From Promethearchaeota archaeon (GTDB taxonomy: Archaea > Asgardarchaeota > Lokiarchaeia > Sigyniarchaeales > SOKP01): a stretch of DNA of 64,000 nucleotides. Of this stretch, positions 9,986 through 20,142 are shown in pieces; the first letter of the stretch is position 1, and every line of letters begins with the position of its first letter. The stretch covers positions 128,001 through 192,000 of the forward strand of contig JAEOSU010000072.1 in NCBI GenBank assembly GCA_016840165.1, read 5' to 3'. The notes beneath the pieces are model-generated. The model did not search any database. It had not been told where the DNA came from and worked only from the letters and a program-made list of their open reading frames with translations. The translations under genes were made by a program, and so were the position numbers.

Positions 9986-11239
9986 TTATAGCACTCCCTC
10001 CTCATTAGCCATTACAATAATAGCCGCATAAGCAGCTCCCGGACCGCCAATTGAATGGGAAATAGCTCGCCCTTTATTGATTGTCACTTGATGTTTTCCT
10101 GCCTCTCCTCGTAATTGGAGGGCAGCTTCACCAGTACTCATAATTCCTGTAGCACCCACAGCATGGCCACATCCAATTAAACCTCCCGATGGACAACAAG
10201 GTAATTCACCTTCAATCCAGGGTCCTTCTCCTGGTTTTTCAAATGAGTTTTCAATCCAAGGTCCTCCTTCTCCAAATGGTACAAAACCTAGCTCTTCATA
10301 CGAGATTACTTCTTGACCGCTGAAAGCATCATGTAGCTCGGCTAGATCTATTTGTTTTTTAATGTTATTATAGTCTAAGCCAGCCATTTTATATGCCACT
10401 TTTGCAGCATAAATATTAGAATATAAACGGCCCATGTCTTCTCTATTTCCTATGAAACAATCAGTATTAGCAGCTCCTACGCCAGTAATCCAAATTGGAT
10501 TTTCAACCCCTAATTCCTTTACCTTCTCTTTATTTGCTAAAATTAAGGCCGCAGATGCTTCTGAATACAAACAACAATCTAACATCTTGAAAGGGTAACA
10601 GATAATACGAGAATTCATAACATCTTCTACCGTTATCTTCATGGGAGATTGGGCTTTTGGATTAAGCATTGCATTTCCATGGTTTTTCACTCCTACGAAA
10701 GCCATCTGCTCTTCAGTAGGGTTTCCAAATTCTTCATAATGTGCGTTAACCATTGATACATACGAGGAGGCAGCCATCATTCCCATTGGATATTCATAAG
10801 TCATATCTGCAGAATAAGCAATGGCATTAAGCACTTCTGGGGTCGTTGTTCCTGTTTGTTCGTCATAACAATCATTACATTTTTCAAGTCCAATGCATAA
10901 ACATAAATCAGAAATTCCCGATGCCACCTCAGCATAAGCCATTCGGACAGTATAACCTCCAGTAGCTCCTCCTGTAGCCACTCTCGTTCCTGGTTTATTA
11001 TTCATTCCCAGATATGAATTGGTAAAAATATCTGGCATAAATTGACGCTCAAAAAGCTCATTATATATACCATACACCGTCGATTGAAGATCTTTATGAG
11101 TGATGTGGGCACCATTTTTATTTGCATCTTCTAAGGCTAATTTGGTCGCATCATAGGCAAGTTCAAAGTATGTTTTATCTAAATACCGTGCTCTAAAAGG
11201 TGTTATTCCAACACCAATTATCGCTACTTCTTTAGGCAT
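9986..11239 (-). CDS. SCP2-type thiolase-fold protein lacking the N-terminal nucleophilic Cys
   Basis: VAIIGVG, KNHGNA..NP.A, ELHDAF, SGGL..GHAVGATG; ATGGATGG at the site normally reading xACAS/TG. Confidence 0.9.
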   Translation of the reverse strand: MPKEVAIIGVGITPFRARYLDKTYFELAYDATKLALEDANKNGAHITHKDLQSTVYGIYNELFERQFMPDIFTNSYLGMNNKPGTRVATGGATGGYTVRMAYAEVASGISDLCLCIGLEKCNDCYDEQTGTTTPEVLNAIAYSADMTYEYPMGMMAASSYVSMVNAHYEEFGNPTEEQMAFVGVKNHGNAMLNPKAQSPMKITVEDVMNSRIICYPFKMLDCCLYSEASAALILANKEKVKELGVENPIWITGVGAANTDCFIGNREDMGRLYSNIYAAKVAYKMAGLDYNNIKKQIDLAELHDAFSGQEVISYEELGFVPFGEGGPWIENSFEKPGEGPWIEGELPCCPSGGLIGCGHAVGATGIMSTGEAALQLRGEAGKHQVTINKGRAISHSIGGPGAAYAAIIVMANEEGVL

Positions 11240-11481
11240 AATTCTTTTTCACCATTTTAATTATTGTTAGTTATTTTTTTTTATATCTCATCTAATATTT
11301 GAAAATTAATTAAAATTCGTTAAAAGGATATTTATAAATATTTTTTTGATGAAATTCAGAAAATTTCTATAGAAAATAGGCAAAATTATATTCCATGCAT
11401 ATAAATAAAAATCGAAAGCATAATACTTAAAAATTTAAAGAGTAAATTATGCATAATTAAAATGATATATGAGGATATATA

Positions 11482-13164
11482 ATGTCTTGGGAAGAATTTG
11501 AAACGGTTCCTCATACAGTAAATGGTGTAATAGAGAAATGGGCTAAAGAAAAGCCAGATAAAGTTGCATTCATTTTTTATGACACGGAAAAAGAGTATAC
11601 GTTCAAGGATTTTCGTGATGCCATAACTGTGATGGCATTTAAGCTTTATAATCTGGGATTTAGAAAAGGAGACATAATTGCGACTTCCTTACCTTTTCTC
11701 TATGAGCATATAATTTTAGGTTATGCTTGTGCAAAATTAGGTGTAATGTGGAATCCTATGGATTTACGCTTAAAACCTCCAGAAATTATGAGAAACCTGA
11801 GTTTATTAAAAGAAAAGTGTAAAATGTATTGTCATTTAGGCAAGACGTCTGCTGCAAACTTTGGAATGATTGGTGCGGCTGTCATGAAAAATAATCCTTG
11901 GTTACAATATGTGGTCCAATTTAGTAGCCCAGATGACAGATATAGAAAAGGAATTATCCCTGCATTTCAGTTAATGCAAGAAGCTCAAAAAGAATTTAAA
12001 GAAGCGCAGACAAAACCGGAATCTATGAAAGAATTTATTGCAGAATGTGAAAAAGTAGGGGAGGATGATCCTATATTAATCATATTTACCACTGGATCAA
12101 CAGGGTATCCAAAACCTGCTATGTTAACAAATAAAGGTATCACCTGTCAGAATATGTGCTTAGCAAAGGGACTTGAATCTGAAGAGGATGATTTCATGCT
12201 GGTTAATTTACCACCTTCTCACGTTGGAGGAACAACTGAACAGTTTATGACACCTATATTTAAAGGTGGAGGTGTGGTTGTGCTACACATTTTTGATCCT
12301 GCTAAAAGTCTTGATGCAATTCAAAAATATAAGATTACTGTAATGGGGCAAATTCCAGCATTATTCGTAATGGAGTGGAGACTCCCTAATTTTGATGAAT
12401 ATGATCTTAGTTCTTTAAAATATGCAATTGCAGCAGGTCAACCAGTCGACAAACCTTTCTTGGAACGATTAACAACTATGGCTCCAAATTTGTTTACCGG
12501 GCTGGGATTAACCGAAACTTCAGGTTTTTGTTCTTATACACCTACAGATCTCACTTTAGATGAATTTACGGGTACTTTAGGTTATGATTTTCCAATTTAT
12601 CCGATGTCAATTAGAAAACCCATGAAAGAAGATGGAAGTGCCGGAGATGAATTACCAAAAGGAGAGATTGGAGAAATATGCTATAAAGGACCTCAAACCT
12701 TTTTAGGATATTTTGGAAATCAAGAGGCAACACGCAACACTTTATCAACAGATGGATATTTATACACGGGGGATATGGGTTATATTGACGAAAAAGGGCT
12801 TCATCTTGAGGGACGAAGAAAATTTCTGATAAAGCCAAAAGGCTATCAAGTATTTCCGCCAGAAGTTGAGGCTTATATCGCAGAATTATCACAAGTAGAG
12901 TTCGTGGGAGTGATTGGCGCTAAACATGAGGTATTTACTGAAGGAATCGTTGCATATATTAAGTTAAAGGAAGGTGAGACACTTACAGAACAAGAAGTAT
13001 TGGAACATTGTAAAGGGATGGCAGCCTATAAAAGACCTTCCATGGTTGTATTTGTAGACGAGTTTCCACTTAATCGTGTGGCAAAAACAGATTATGTAGC
13101 TTTAAAATCCAGAGCTGATGACGATATTCAAGCTGCAAGAGCACAAGGTGGTTGGGATAGTTAA
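11482..13164 (+). CDS. Acyl-CoA synthetase (ANL superfamily)
   Basis: FTTGSTGYPK, GLGLTE, YTGD, GRRK, RVAK. Confidence 0.93.
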   Translation: MSWEEFETVPHTVNGVIEKWAKEKPDKVAFIFYDTEKEYTFKDFRDAITVMAFKLYNLGFRKGDIIATSLPFLYEHIILGYACAKLGVMWNPMDLRLKPPEIMRNLSLLKEKCKMYCHLGKTSAANFGMIGAAVMKNNPWLQYVVQFSSPDDRYRKGIIPAFQLMQEAQKEFKEAQTKPESMKEFIAECEKVGEDDPILIIFTTGSTGYPKPAMLTNKGITCQNMCLAKGLESEEDDFMLVNLPPSHVGGTTEQFMTPIFKGGGVVVLHIFDPAKSLDAIQKYKITVMGQIPALFVMEWRLPNFDEYDLSSLKYAIAAGQPVDKPFLERLTTMAPNLFTGLGLTETSGFCSYTPTDLTLDEFTGTLGYDFPIYPMSIRKPMKEDGSAGDELPKGEIGEICYKGPQTFLGYFGNQEATRNTLSTDGYLYTGDMGYIDEKGLHLEGRRKFLIKPKGYQVFPPEVEAYIAELSQVEFVGVIGAKHEVFTEGIVAYIKLKEGETLTEQEVLEHCKGMAAYKRPSMVVFVDEFPLNRVAKTDYVALKSRADDDIQAARAQGGWDS

Positions 13165-13222
13165 AAATCTTTCATTTAACTAATTTTTATTTATTTTATA
13201 TTTTTTTAATAGATGTTTATCA

Positions 13223-13816
13223 TTACAGTATACATTTTTTCAAAAGTAGAATACTCTCTTCTCTCGCTTTTAATAATGTTCTCTCTGTTATACCTTTCAT
13301 CTCTTCTGAGGGTAAAATTTTTTCTTTCAATACTTTTTTATACCACAGATATTCATCCTTTCTGCTAATAAATGGATCTACTTCCCGAGTTTCTATGAAA
13401 TTTTCAATTAAAGTCTTTTTACCATTGTTATTTCCTTCTGTGAGATCAAATCTATATTGTTTATAGACTAAAAAGCAGTGATCCATAGGAATGTAAGGTA
13501 TATTATACTTTTCCTGTATTTTCTGAGCACCAGTCGTAATTTCCTCCGTAAATTTGTATACTCCCACATTTTTTTGGAGTGGAATACCAAGTTCTCTGGC
13601 AAGACCCGCTATAATAGCATGTTTGGTGGTACAAGTTCCTATATTTTCTTTAAACAAAATCAAATCATCTTCATAGGTCGAATTATAACCATATTCTATT
13701 TCATGAATATATTTACACGCTTCCTTAAATGATTTAATACCCAGTTCTAAAAACTTCTTTGATATTTCTCCTTGAGATTTAATTTCTGCGTCTGGAAGAT
13801 TCTCGTATGAGTCCAT
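13223..13816 (-). CDS. Hypothetical protein with possible transglutaminase-like Cys-His-Asp triad
   Basis: GTCTTKHA, DHCFL and FDLT in the order expected for a transglutaminase-like core. Confidence 0.6.
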   Translation of the reverse strand: MDSYENLPDAEIKSQGEISKKFLELGIKSFKEACKYIHEIEYGYNSTYEDDLILFKENIGTCTTKHAIIAGLARELGIPLQKNVGVYKFTEEITTGAQKIQEKYNIPYIPMDHCFLVYKQYRFDLTEGNNNGKKTLIENFIETREVDPFISRKDEYLWYKKVLKEKILPSEEMKGITERTLLKAREESILLLKKCIL

Positions 13817-14046
13817 AATTTCAAGAAGTAACTCATATCTTTTATTTTAATTCTATATAGAATATAAAAAAATCTGTCAAATCGATTAATTCGAATTATT
13901 TCTATGGATTGAATATAATAAGCAACGATATTTTGTGATTATTCAAAATTCCTTCACTAAGATGTCACAAAATAATAGGATTCTATGGATAATTTTTTTA
14001 AGTGCAAAAGTCTAATCATAACCATACTTATTGAAGTGAATATAAA

Positions 14047-15069
14047 ATGATTAAAACACGATTAACAGAGGAGTTTGGATTAAAGTATCCAATTATTAGC
14101 GCTCCAATGGGCCCTTTTTATACTACTGAACTTACAATTGCAGTTTCCGAGGCTGGAGGCTTGGGTGTTGTGAGTCATGCTACTTTACGAGGAAAAAATT
14201 CCCTCCAAGACATGAAAGAACAATTATTTCATGTAATTGAACATACAGATAAACCTTTTGGGGTAAACGTAAGGACCGCTCGAATCCAGACGGATCATAA
14301 AATAATGCTAAGAAAAATTGCTCAATGGGCAAAGGAGAATCCTAAACTTCGTGAGCAGCTAGTTTATGTTCTTACCAGTGCTGGAGGCCCACGTGATGCA
14401 AGTAAAATATTAAAAGACAAAGCACCTCATATTCATCATTTCCATGTAGCTCCTGCATTGTGGTTAGTTGATAAGGTCGTTGCATCAGGTTGTGATGGAA
14501 TCGTTGCCACCGGCACAGAAGGTGGAGGTCATCAAAGTTACGAGGGAATTTCTACTTTAGTTTTGGTTCAACAAGTTGCTCAAAAGTATCCTGAGAAGCA
14601 ATTAATCGCATGTGGAGGGTTTGCAACTCCCCAAGGGATAGCTGCGGGATTAGCTATGGGAGCTGATGCCGTGGCTATGGGAACGCGTTTTATCGCATCG
14701 AATCAGAGCGAATTCCATCCAAACTATAAAGCTCTTATCCCCCCTGCTACAGCAAGAGATACTTTATTAACTACGGGTGGTTTTGGTCCAATACGATTAT
14801 TAAAAAACAAATACTGTATAGAGCATGGCAAAGTAATAAGTAAGAATGATAAAATCGCACAAGAATTAGCTTACAGCATGGATGAGTATTTAGAAGACCT
14901 CATGCATTATGAAATTGTTTATACTAAGGGAGATGTTGAGAACGGGGCAATTCCAGTGGGTCAAACTGTCGGTTTAATTGACTCAATGATGGATGTGGAT
15001 GAAATTTTGACGAGCTTCACTAAAGAAGCAGAAAAAATTCTTAAAAATTTATGTTCGAATGTAACGTAA
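14047..15069 (+). CDS. Nitronate monooxygenase/FabK-like FMN oxidoreductase
   Basis: PIISAPMG, AVSEAGGLG, GTEGGGH, IACGG, MGTRF, GQ. Confidence 0.9.
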   Translation: MIKTRLTEEFGLKYPIISAPMGPFYTTELTIAVSEAGGLGVVSHATLRGKNSLQDMKEQLFHVIEHTDKPFGVNVRTARIQTDHKIMLRKIAQWAKENPKLREQLVYVLTSAGGPRDASKILKDKAPHIHHFHVAPALWLVDKVVASGCDGIVATGTEGGGHQSYEGISTLVLVQQVAQKYPEKQLIACGGFATPQGIAAGLAMGADAVAMGTRFIASNQSEFHPNYKALIPPATARDTLLTTGGFGPIRLLKNKYCIEHGKVISKNDKIAQELAYSMDEYLEDLMHYEIVYTKGDVENGAIPVGQTVGLIDSMMDVDEILTSFTKEAEKILKNLCSNVT

Positions 15070-15140
15070 ATTTTATTCTTTCTTTTTAATTTATATAAAT
15101 CAGAATTATTGTTATTTTAGTGTATTTTTTGTGCGTAATT

Positions 15141-15401
15141 ATGAATAGCGCTTCGATAAACTTAGAACGTAAGATAAAGGAATTATCATTACTTCATTAT
15201 AAAGCTATAACTATTTTAGAAAGATGTCGGGGCTGCGGAACATGTGTGAGATTTTGTCCGTTAAATATCCGAAAGTTTAATGAAGTGGGTAAAGCGATTA
15301 CAATTAGCTCTGTTAGAGATTGTGGTGGATGCTCCGTTTGCTATCATAGGTGCCCAAATAAAGCAATTGAGTTAATTCAACTGCAAAAAACTAATAAATG
15401 A
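15141..15401 (+). CDS. 2x[4Fe-4S] ferredoxin-like protein
   Basis: CRGCGTCVRFCP and CGGCSVCYHRCP; ATG 15141 preferred over GTG 15120. Confidence 0.85.
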   Translation: MNSASINLERKIKELSLLHYKAITILERCRGCGTCVRFCPLNIRKFNEVGKAITISSVRDCGGCSVCYHRCPNKAIELIQLQKTNK

Positions 15402-15429
15402 ATATTATATGATATTCTCTATATTCAGC

Positions 15430-15867
15430 TTAAAGTTTCCATTTATACAGTTTTTCATCGGGAATGAAACTCATCATGACCAGATCATCCCTTATCTCCC
15501 ATCCAAGTTTTTTATAGAAGTTTATCACAGAGTGATTATATTTTTCGATAAAAAGATGGATTTTATGGACTTTCATTTCTTTAAATCTAAACATAAGCTC
15601 ATCCATTAATTTCTTCCCATATCCTTGATGTTGATAATCAGGATCGACTGCTAAATGATGAATATATCCTCTTCTGCCGTCGTAACCGCCTAACACGACT
15701 GCAATTAGATTATGATCTAATCTTCCTACTAAAAAAAGATTTGGATTCCTATTTGACATCTTTTCAATTTCTTCTTTGGTATCAGAGGATCCTACATTAA
15801 TTCCCGCTCTTTCCCAAATATTAATGATCGCGGGGTAATCTTTCATGTTAAACTGTTCGATCTTCAT
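15430..15867 (-). CDS. GNAT family N-acetyltransferase
   Basis: GYDGRRGYIHHLAVDPDYQHQGYG, FYKKLGW. Confidence 0.92.
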   Translation of the reverse strand: MKIEQFNMKDYPAIINIWERAGINVGSSDTKEEIEKMSNRNPNLFLVGRLDHNLIAVVLGGYDGRRGYIHHLAVDPDYQHQGYGKKLMDELMFRFKEMKVHKIHLFIEKYNHSVINFYKKLGWEIRDDLVMMSFIPDEKLYKWKL

Positions 15868-15877
15868 GATAGTTTCA

Positions 15878-17926
15878 TCACAGTTCCATACTTAAATTTG
15901 CAATTTCTTTTCTTATTTCTATTTTTTTATCAATAATATTTTTAATATATAGAGAAATCTCCTTCCTTCTGTTTATATCTGAGGGAATCGGAAGTTTAAC
16001 TTCCATAATTCTATTTCCTAAGGTGGCAATCGTGCCTTGAACAAAAGTGATGGCTTTAATCTGATCCTGAACTATATCGAGATTCAAGAGGTATAAGAGA
16101 AGGTAAGGATCAATCGCCTCATCGTTCGGTAAAACTTTTATTTGATAAATATGACTCTGAATGATAATTTTTGTGTCGAAAGAAGTGACGTAGGCTGTCT
16201 TTCCAATTAAATTAGGGCCACCATCTTTTACTAAAAGGATATCTCCCTCTTCAATGTTTTGTTTATCTTTATATTGAAAATATACTTCTTCTGAGGTTTT
16301 TTTATGAGAATCTAAGTTAATTTCCCAATTATTTAATTCAGTTGTTCGAATGAATGGAACCTCTCCTAAACCATATACATTTGAACCAATCTCATTACCC
16401 CGAGGTAAATACCCACCTCTGTTCGTATAAATAATATTTCGTTCTACTAAATTTTGAATTGATTCAAGAATATACTCTGCTTTTTCTTTGAGACTTTCCA
16501 ATCTTCTTTCGACACCTGTATAGTAGCTAGGAATGAAAATACCATTCTTGATCTGGCTAAATTTGATCTTAAAGACGTTTTGGTTTTTGCGATAATCTAA
16601 TTGATCGCAATCCTTAATTTGCTGATGAAGATCAGTCAATTCATCATTTATTATCATCTCACCTTCCTCAGTTGTCCTTTTAGACCCATCTTTGTTTAAT
16701 TTATAAAGAATCTTTCCATCTTTATCATGGCCTACATTGTTTACAATAGCGAAATCAATAAAATAATCATTTGGAATATTACTTGATTTCTCAAAAAAAA
16801 GGATACTAGTTTTATTGCAGGTATAAGGTTGAAAGGTATTTTGATCTAATGAAACTACACCTAATACTTTACCATTAGAGGTTAAGTATTCCCAGATATA
16901 ACGATCTGAGGGATTGCCAAATATGCCTTCAGGTAATATTATTCCTAATTTACCTTTATTCCGCAGGAGTTGAACGCATCTTTCAATGAAGAGTATTTGG
17001 GGCGATTGTTGTGACGATATTTGTTCCTGCATTTCCCATTTTCCTCCAATAATTTTCCACACATGAGCTAAATGATAGGTTTTTAGAGTATTTTTATCTG
17101 TAATCGGGATTCTGGCTCCAAAAGGAGGATTAGTAAAGATGTAATCAAATAAGTCATTTTTAATTAATATCTTAATTGGTTGGCGATAACTATCTGGATC
17201 CAATGAGTTTTCACAAAATACGTGAGATTTTCCTCCACTAAGAATTTCTAAGTATAATTTACAAATTTTTGCAAGAAATAGGTCTTTATCTATTCCAAAA
17301 AGGTTAGATATTAATTCTTTTTTAGAAATTGGATCATTAGTTTTTTCCCATAAAAGATCTTTAATATGGAGTAAAAAACCTCCATGTCCACAAGCAGGAT
17401 CTAAAATTTTTGAATTTAAAGAAGGATCTAAATAATTTACCATAAACTTTATAACATTCGAAGGAGTAAAGAATTGTCCAGCCTCATCCTTTAATACTTT
17501 ACTTACAAAGATTTCATACGCATCGTTAAGGATATCCTTGGAGGATTCTATAAGTGAAATTTCCTGTAATTCTTTAATAATTAAATATAATAAATCTTTA
17601 TTCAATCCAATCTTTTCATTTTCATTAAAAACCTCACTGTAGAGAGCTTTTACATTTTCCTCGAAGAAAAGTTGGATTCTTTGAAATAATTCTTCTTTAG
17701 ATTCTCCTTTTTTAATACTAAATTCCACATAATCAGAGGTAGATTTCTCAATTTCATCTACCAATTTACACATTAAAAGATTTATTATCTCTTTTGACCT
17801 TGTTCGTGTATCTGTATCGATATATTTTAATTTCGCATAGAGATGGCGATTAATCTCATTAAATTTTTCAATTAAATTCGAGATTTTTTTTAATTGTGCC
17901 TTCTTGATCTGGAAATTCATGCTCAT
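15878..17926 (-). CDS. N6-adenine DNA methyltransferase fused to a target-recognition domain (HsdM-HsdS-like)
   Basis: GQFFTP, LDPACGHGGFL, TNPPFG; C-terminal GDILL..G..IGK..V and KLPIP typical of a TRD. Confidence 0.9.
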   Translation of the reverse strand: MSMNFQIKKAQLKKISNLIEKFNEINRHLYAKLKYIDTDTRTRSKEIINLLMCKLVDEIEKSTSDYVEFSIKKGESKEELFQRIQLFFEENVKALYSEVFNENEKIGLNKDLLYLIIKELQEISLIESSKDILNDAYEIFVSKVLKDEAGQFFTPSNVIKFMVNYLDPSLNSKILDPACGHGGFLLHIKDLLWEKTNDPISKKELISNLFGIDKDLFLAKICKLYLEILSGGKSHVFCENSLDPDSYRQPIKILIKNDLFDYIFTNPPFGARIPITDKNTLKTYHLAHVWKIIGGKWEMQEQISSQQSPQILFIERCVQLLRNKGKLGIILPEGIFGNPSDRYIWEYLTSNGKVLGVVSLDQNTFQPYTCNKTSILFFEKSSNIPNDYFIDFAIVNNVGHDKDGKILYKLNKDGSKRTTEEGEMIINDELTDLHQQIKDCDQLDYRKNQNVFKIKFSQIKNGIFIPSYYTGVERRLESLKEKAEYILESIQNLVERNIIYTNRGGYLPRGNEIGSNVYGLGEVPFIRTTELNNWEINLDSHKKTSEEVYFQYKDKQNIEEGDILLVKDGGPNLIGKTAYVTSFDTKIIIQSHIYQIKVLPNDEAIDPYLLLYLLNLDIVQDQIKAITFVQGTIATLGNRIMEVKLPIPSDINRRKEISLYIKNIIDKKIEIRKEIANLSMEL

Positions 17927-17939
17927 TAATTCTTAATAT

Positions 17940-18053
17940 TTGACTGTTCTAGTAATGTATCTTCTCTATGATTTATTATTATTTTTTATTAAATGTAAAT
18001 TAAAGTTAACTATGGCTTTAGATGATTTTGATTTCGGTAAATATATCGAATTT
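17940..18053 (+). repeat. 114-bp direct repeat, copy 1 (promoter + first 14 codons of a crotonase gene, MALDDFDFGKYIEF*)
   Basis: 107/114 identical to 20143..20256 by manual alignment, constant offset 2203; ATG 18012, stop 18054-18056. Confidence 0.95.
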
Positions 18054-18215
18054 TAAGGTGATAATTAAACAATTCTTAACTCAATTAATCGCAAACTTTG
18101 ATCAATGGATAAAAGATATTGATATCAGGTTATATTTTAACCTTCTTTGACAAAAAGAATTATTAATTATTATATGTATTTTTTAATTATTAACACAATT
18201 GTAAATAAAGGTACA

Positions 18216-18458
18216 ATGATGAATAAAAACCTTATTAGTATCATTTTAATAATATTTGGAGGATATTTGTTCATAGGAAATACTATCTTATCGTTCGTCA
18301 TTACTTATAAAGATCCACATCTGTTTAATGATACAATGAGTTTTGAAGATTTTTGGACTACTTGGTGGGAGAATTATGGGATACCAACGGTAATAACGGC
18401 GGTATTGGGAATTGTGTTAATTATGATTGGCTTGAATATTTATAAAAGAAAATCTTAA
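18216..18458 (+). CDS. Small two-TM membrane protein
   Basis: Two hydrophobic stretches and a basic C-terminus; ATG 18216 preferred over TTG 18147. Confidence 0.65.
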   Translation: MMNKNLISIILIIFGGYLFIGNTILSFVITYKDPHLFNDTMSFEDFWTTWWENYGIPTVITAVLGIVLIMIGLNIYKRKS

Positions 18459-18867
18459 TTAAACGCTAATCTTTAAAAAGCTAGTTTTATTTTTTCTAAA
18501 TCATTGTAATTTTTTGATTTTCTAATCTCCCCTAGTAATTGTAAAGAGGCATATCAGAAAATTTTTAATGTCAATTACAGACATCTCCTAAATAGACATA
18601 TTCTATCCCATTAATTCTTTCAATGGATAGTGTAGATTTTAACATAAAGCAATCTTCTATTTTACAATCCTTCCAGATATATTTGTTTGATAACTTTTAA
18701 AACATAATTCAAAAGTAGTTTTTTCAAATAATTGTCATACACCTCTAATTCTATATATATAGTGATATAATTAAGTATATATACATTTTTGTCTTAAAAT
18801 TTATTTAGATAAATTTCCAAATAATAAAAAATAGAAAAATAATATTTTAGAAAGGGAGATTTATTTT

Positions 18868-19563
18868 ATGAATAAAAATGATTATCAATTCATAGGGTAT
18901 TTTCTATTATTCTCTGCCCTAATAGGTCTTGTAGTTTTGCCAGTAACAAATGTTACTGCGGCATCACCTGTACGTAATTATGCAGGATATTATTATTATA
19001 ATGATTCTCAAATGGCTCCTGATGGCGTTCAAGCAAAGATCAGAACAGTAAACACCGGATTTCCCCCATTCTTTGAAACTATCTCAGAGTGGGACTCAAT
19101 AGTAATAAGTTATAATCTTCATTATTGGGTTCAGATAGGGTACACAATACACTGGAAATTGCTCTTTTTTATTCCATATGTGTCCGTCGATTTTTACAAG
19201 GAGAAGCAGGACTCCAGTGGTCATGAGTTTGTGTGTATAGGAACGCCAACATTTAACACCGTATACAAATATGAATTGTTACTTACAGGAGTAGGGGAAT
19301 TTAGTTATCATATATATCAAGGTTATACTACGATACTTAGTGGAAAACTTTATGTAAATCAGTATACTACAAGAGATCTGCAAGCTTTTATTGAAACTAG
19401 CCATACAGGAATTAACATCGATGGAAGTCATTTTCCATGTCTTCGGTATCACGATTCTGGAACATCTTGGCGACTCTGGAACCGTCATGTACCAAGAGAT
19501 GATCCTCCCTATTCTCTAAATGAAATTTACGATTTTGAATTTACAGCCAGTGGAGGTGGTTAA
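18868..19563 (+). CDS. Secreted beta-rich protein, possibly G1 glutamic peptidase/neprosin-like
   Basis: Signal peptide ending VTA-A; NYAGY, SEWDSI, WVQIG and AFIE motifs. Confidence 0.6.
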   Translation: MNKNDYQFIGYFLLFSALIGLVVLPVTNVTAASPVRNYAGYYYYNDSQMAPDGVQAKIRTVNTGFPPFFETISEWDSIVISYNLHYWVQIGYTIHWKLLFFIPYVSVDFYKEKQDSSGHEFVCIGTPTFNTVYKYELLLTGVGEFSYHIYQGYTTILSGKLYVNQYTTRDLQAFIETSHTGINIDGSHFPCLRYHDSGTSWRLWNRHVPRDDPPYSLNEIYDFEFTASGGG

Positions 19564-19566
19564 TAA

Positions 19567-20142
19567 TTGATTAGTAAAAGAAAAAATATATTAATAGGTT
19601 TATTTTTAACTTTTACATTATTTATAATCGTCTCGGTTTCGACCTCAATAAAACCATTAATAACTTCAGAGCCACCAGATTTTTATAGTACTTCTAAGGA
19701 AGTCTCATTGGAGGAAATGATGAATGTTGCAAGTAATTATGATATTTCAATTTATTTACCAACTTTTTTACCAAATGATCTTAAGTTGACCGCGATTTAT
19801 CTTAAAGAAAGTCCTTTTATTGCTATTTTAGTTTATAGTTCTGTGGGAAACAAAGATTATAAAAGTGCTGAATTAACGCTTGAAATAGCCCCAGTAGATC
19901 CAAAATGGATTCCTACATTTACTGAACTCCAATCTGAAGCAGAAAAATCTCAAGATAAAACCGCTCTTCAAATTAATAGTTGGTCTGTGCTAATTCAAGA
20001 AAATGCTTATGCATATGGAAAGTATACCATGCTCATCAATATATGGATCGAGGAGGTGAATTATTTATACAACGCTCCAACCCTAACCGTTCAAGATGCT
20101 ATTGGGATGCTTGAAAGTACACAGGTAGTAAGTGTAGCTTAA
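19567..20142 (+). CDS. Membrane-anchored exported protein, DUF4367-like
   Basis: N-terminal anchor; IYLPTFLPNDL motif; starts 3 nt after the upstream stop. Confidence 0.6.
   Translation: MISKRKNILIGLFLTFTLFIIVSVSTSIKPLITSEPPDFYSTSKEVSLEEMMNVASNYDISIYLPTFLPNDLKLTAIYLKESPFIAILVYSSVGNKDYKSAELTLEIAPVDPKWIPTFTELQSEAEKSQDKTALQINSWSVLIQENAYAYGKYTMLINIWIEEVNYLYNAPTLTVQDAIGMLESTQVVSVA

Noticed and set aside
18480-18745. Decayed minus-strand gene inside the cassette (fragment KYIWKDCKIEDCFMLKSTLSIERINGIEYVYLGDVCN)
   Set aside because: Multiple stops and no recognisable family; cannot be supported without a search
18751-18784. Palindromes CTATATATATAG and GTATATATAC
   Set aside because: Low-complexity TA runs expected in AT-rich DNA
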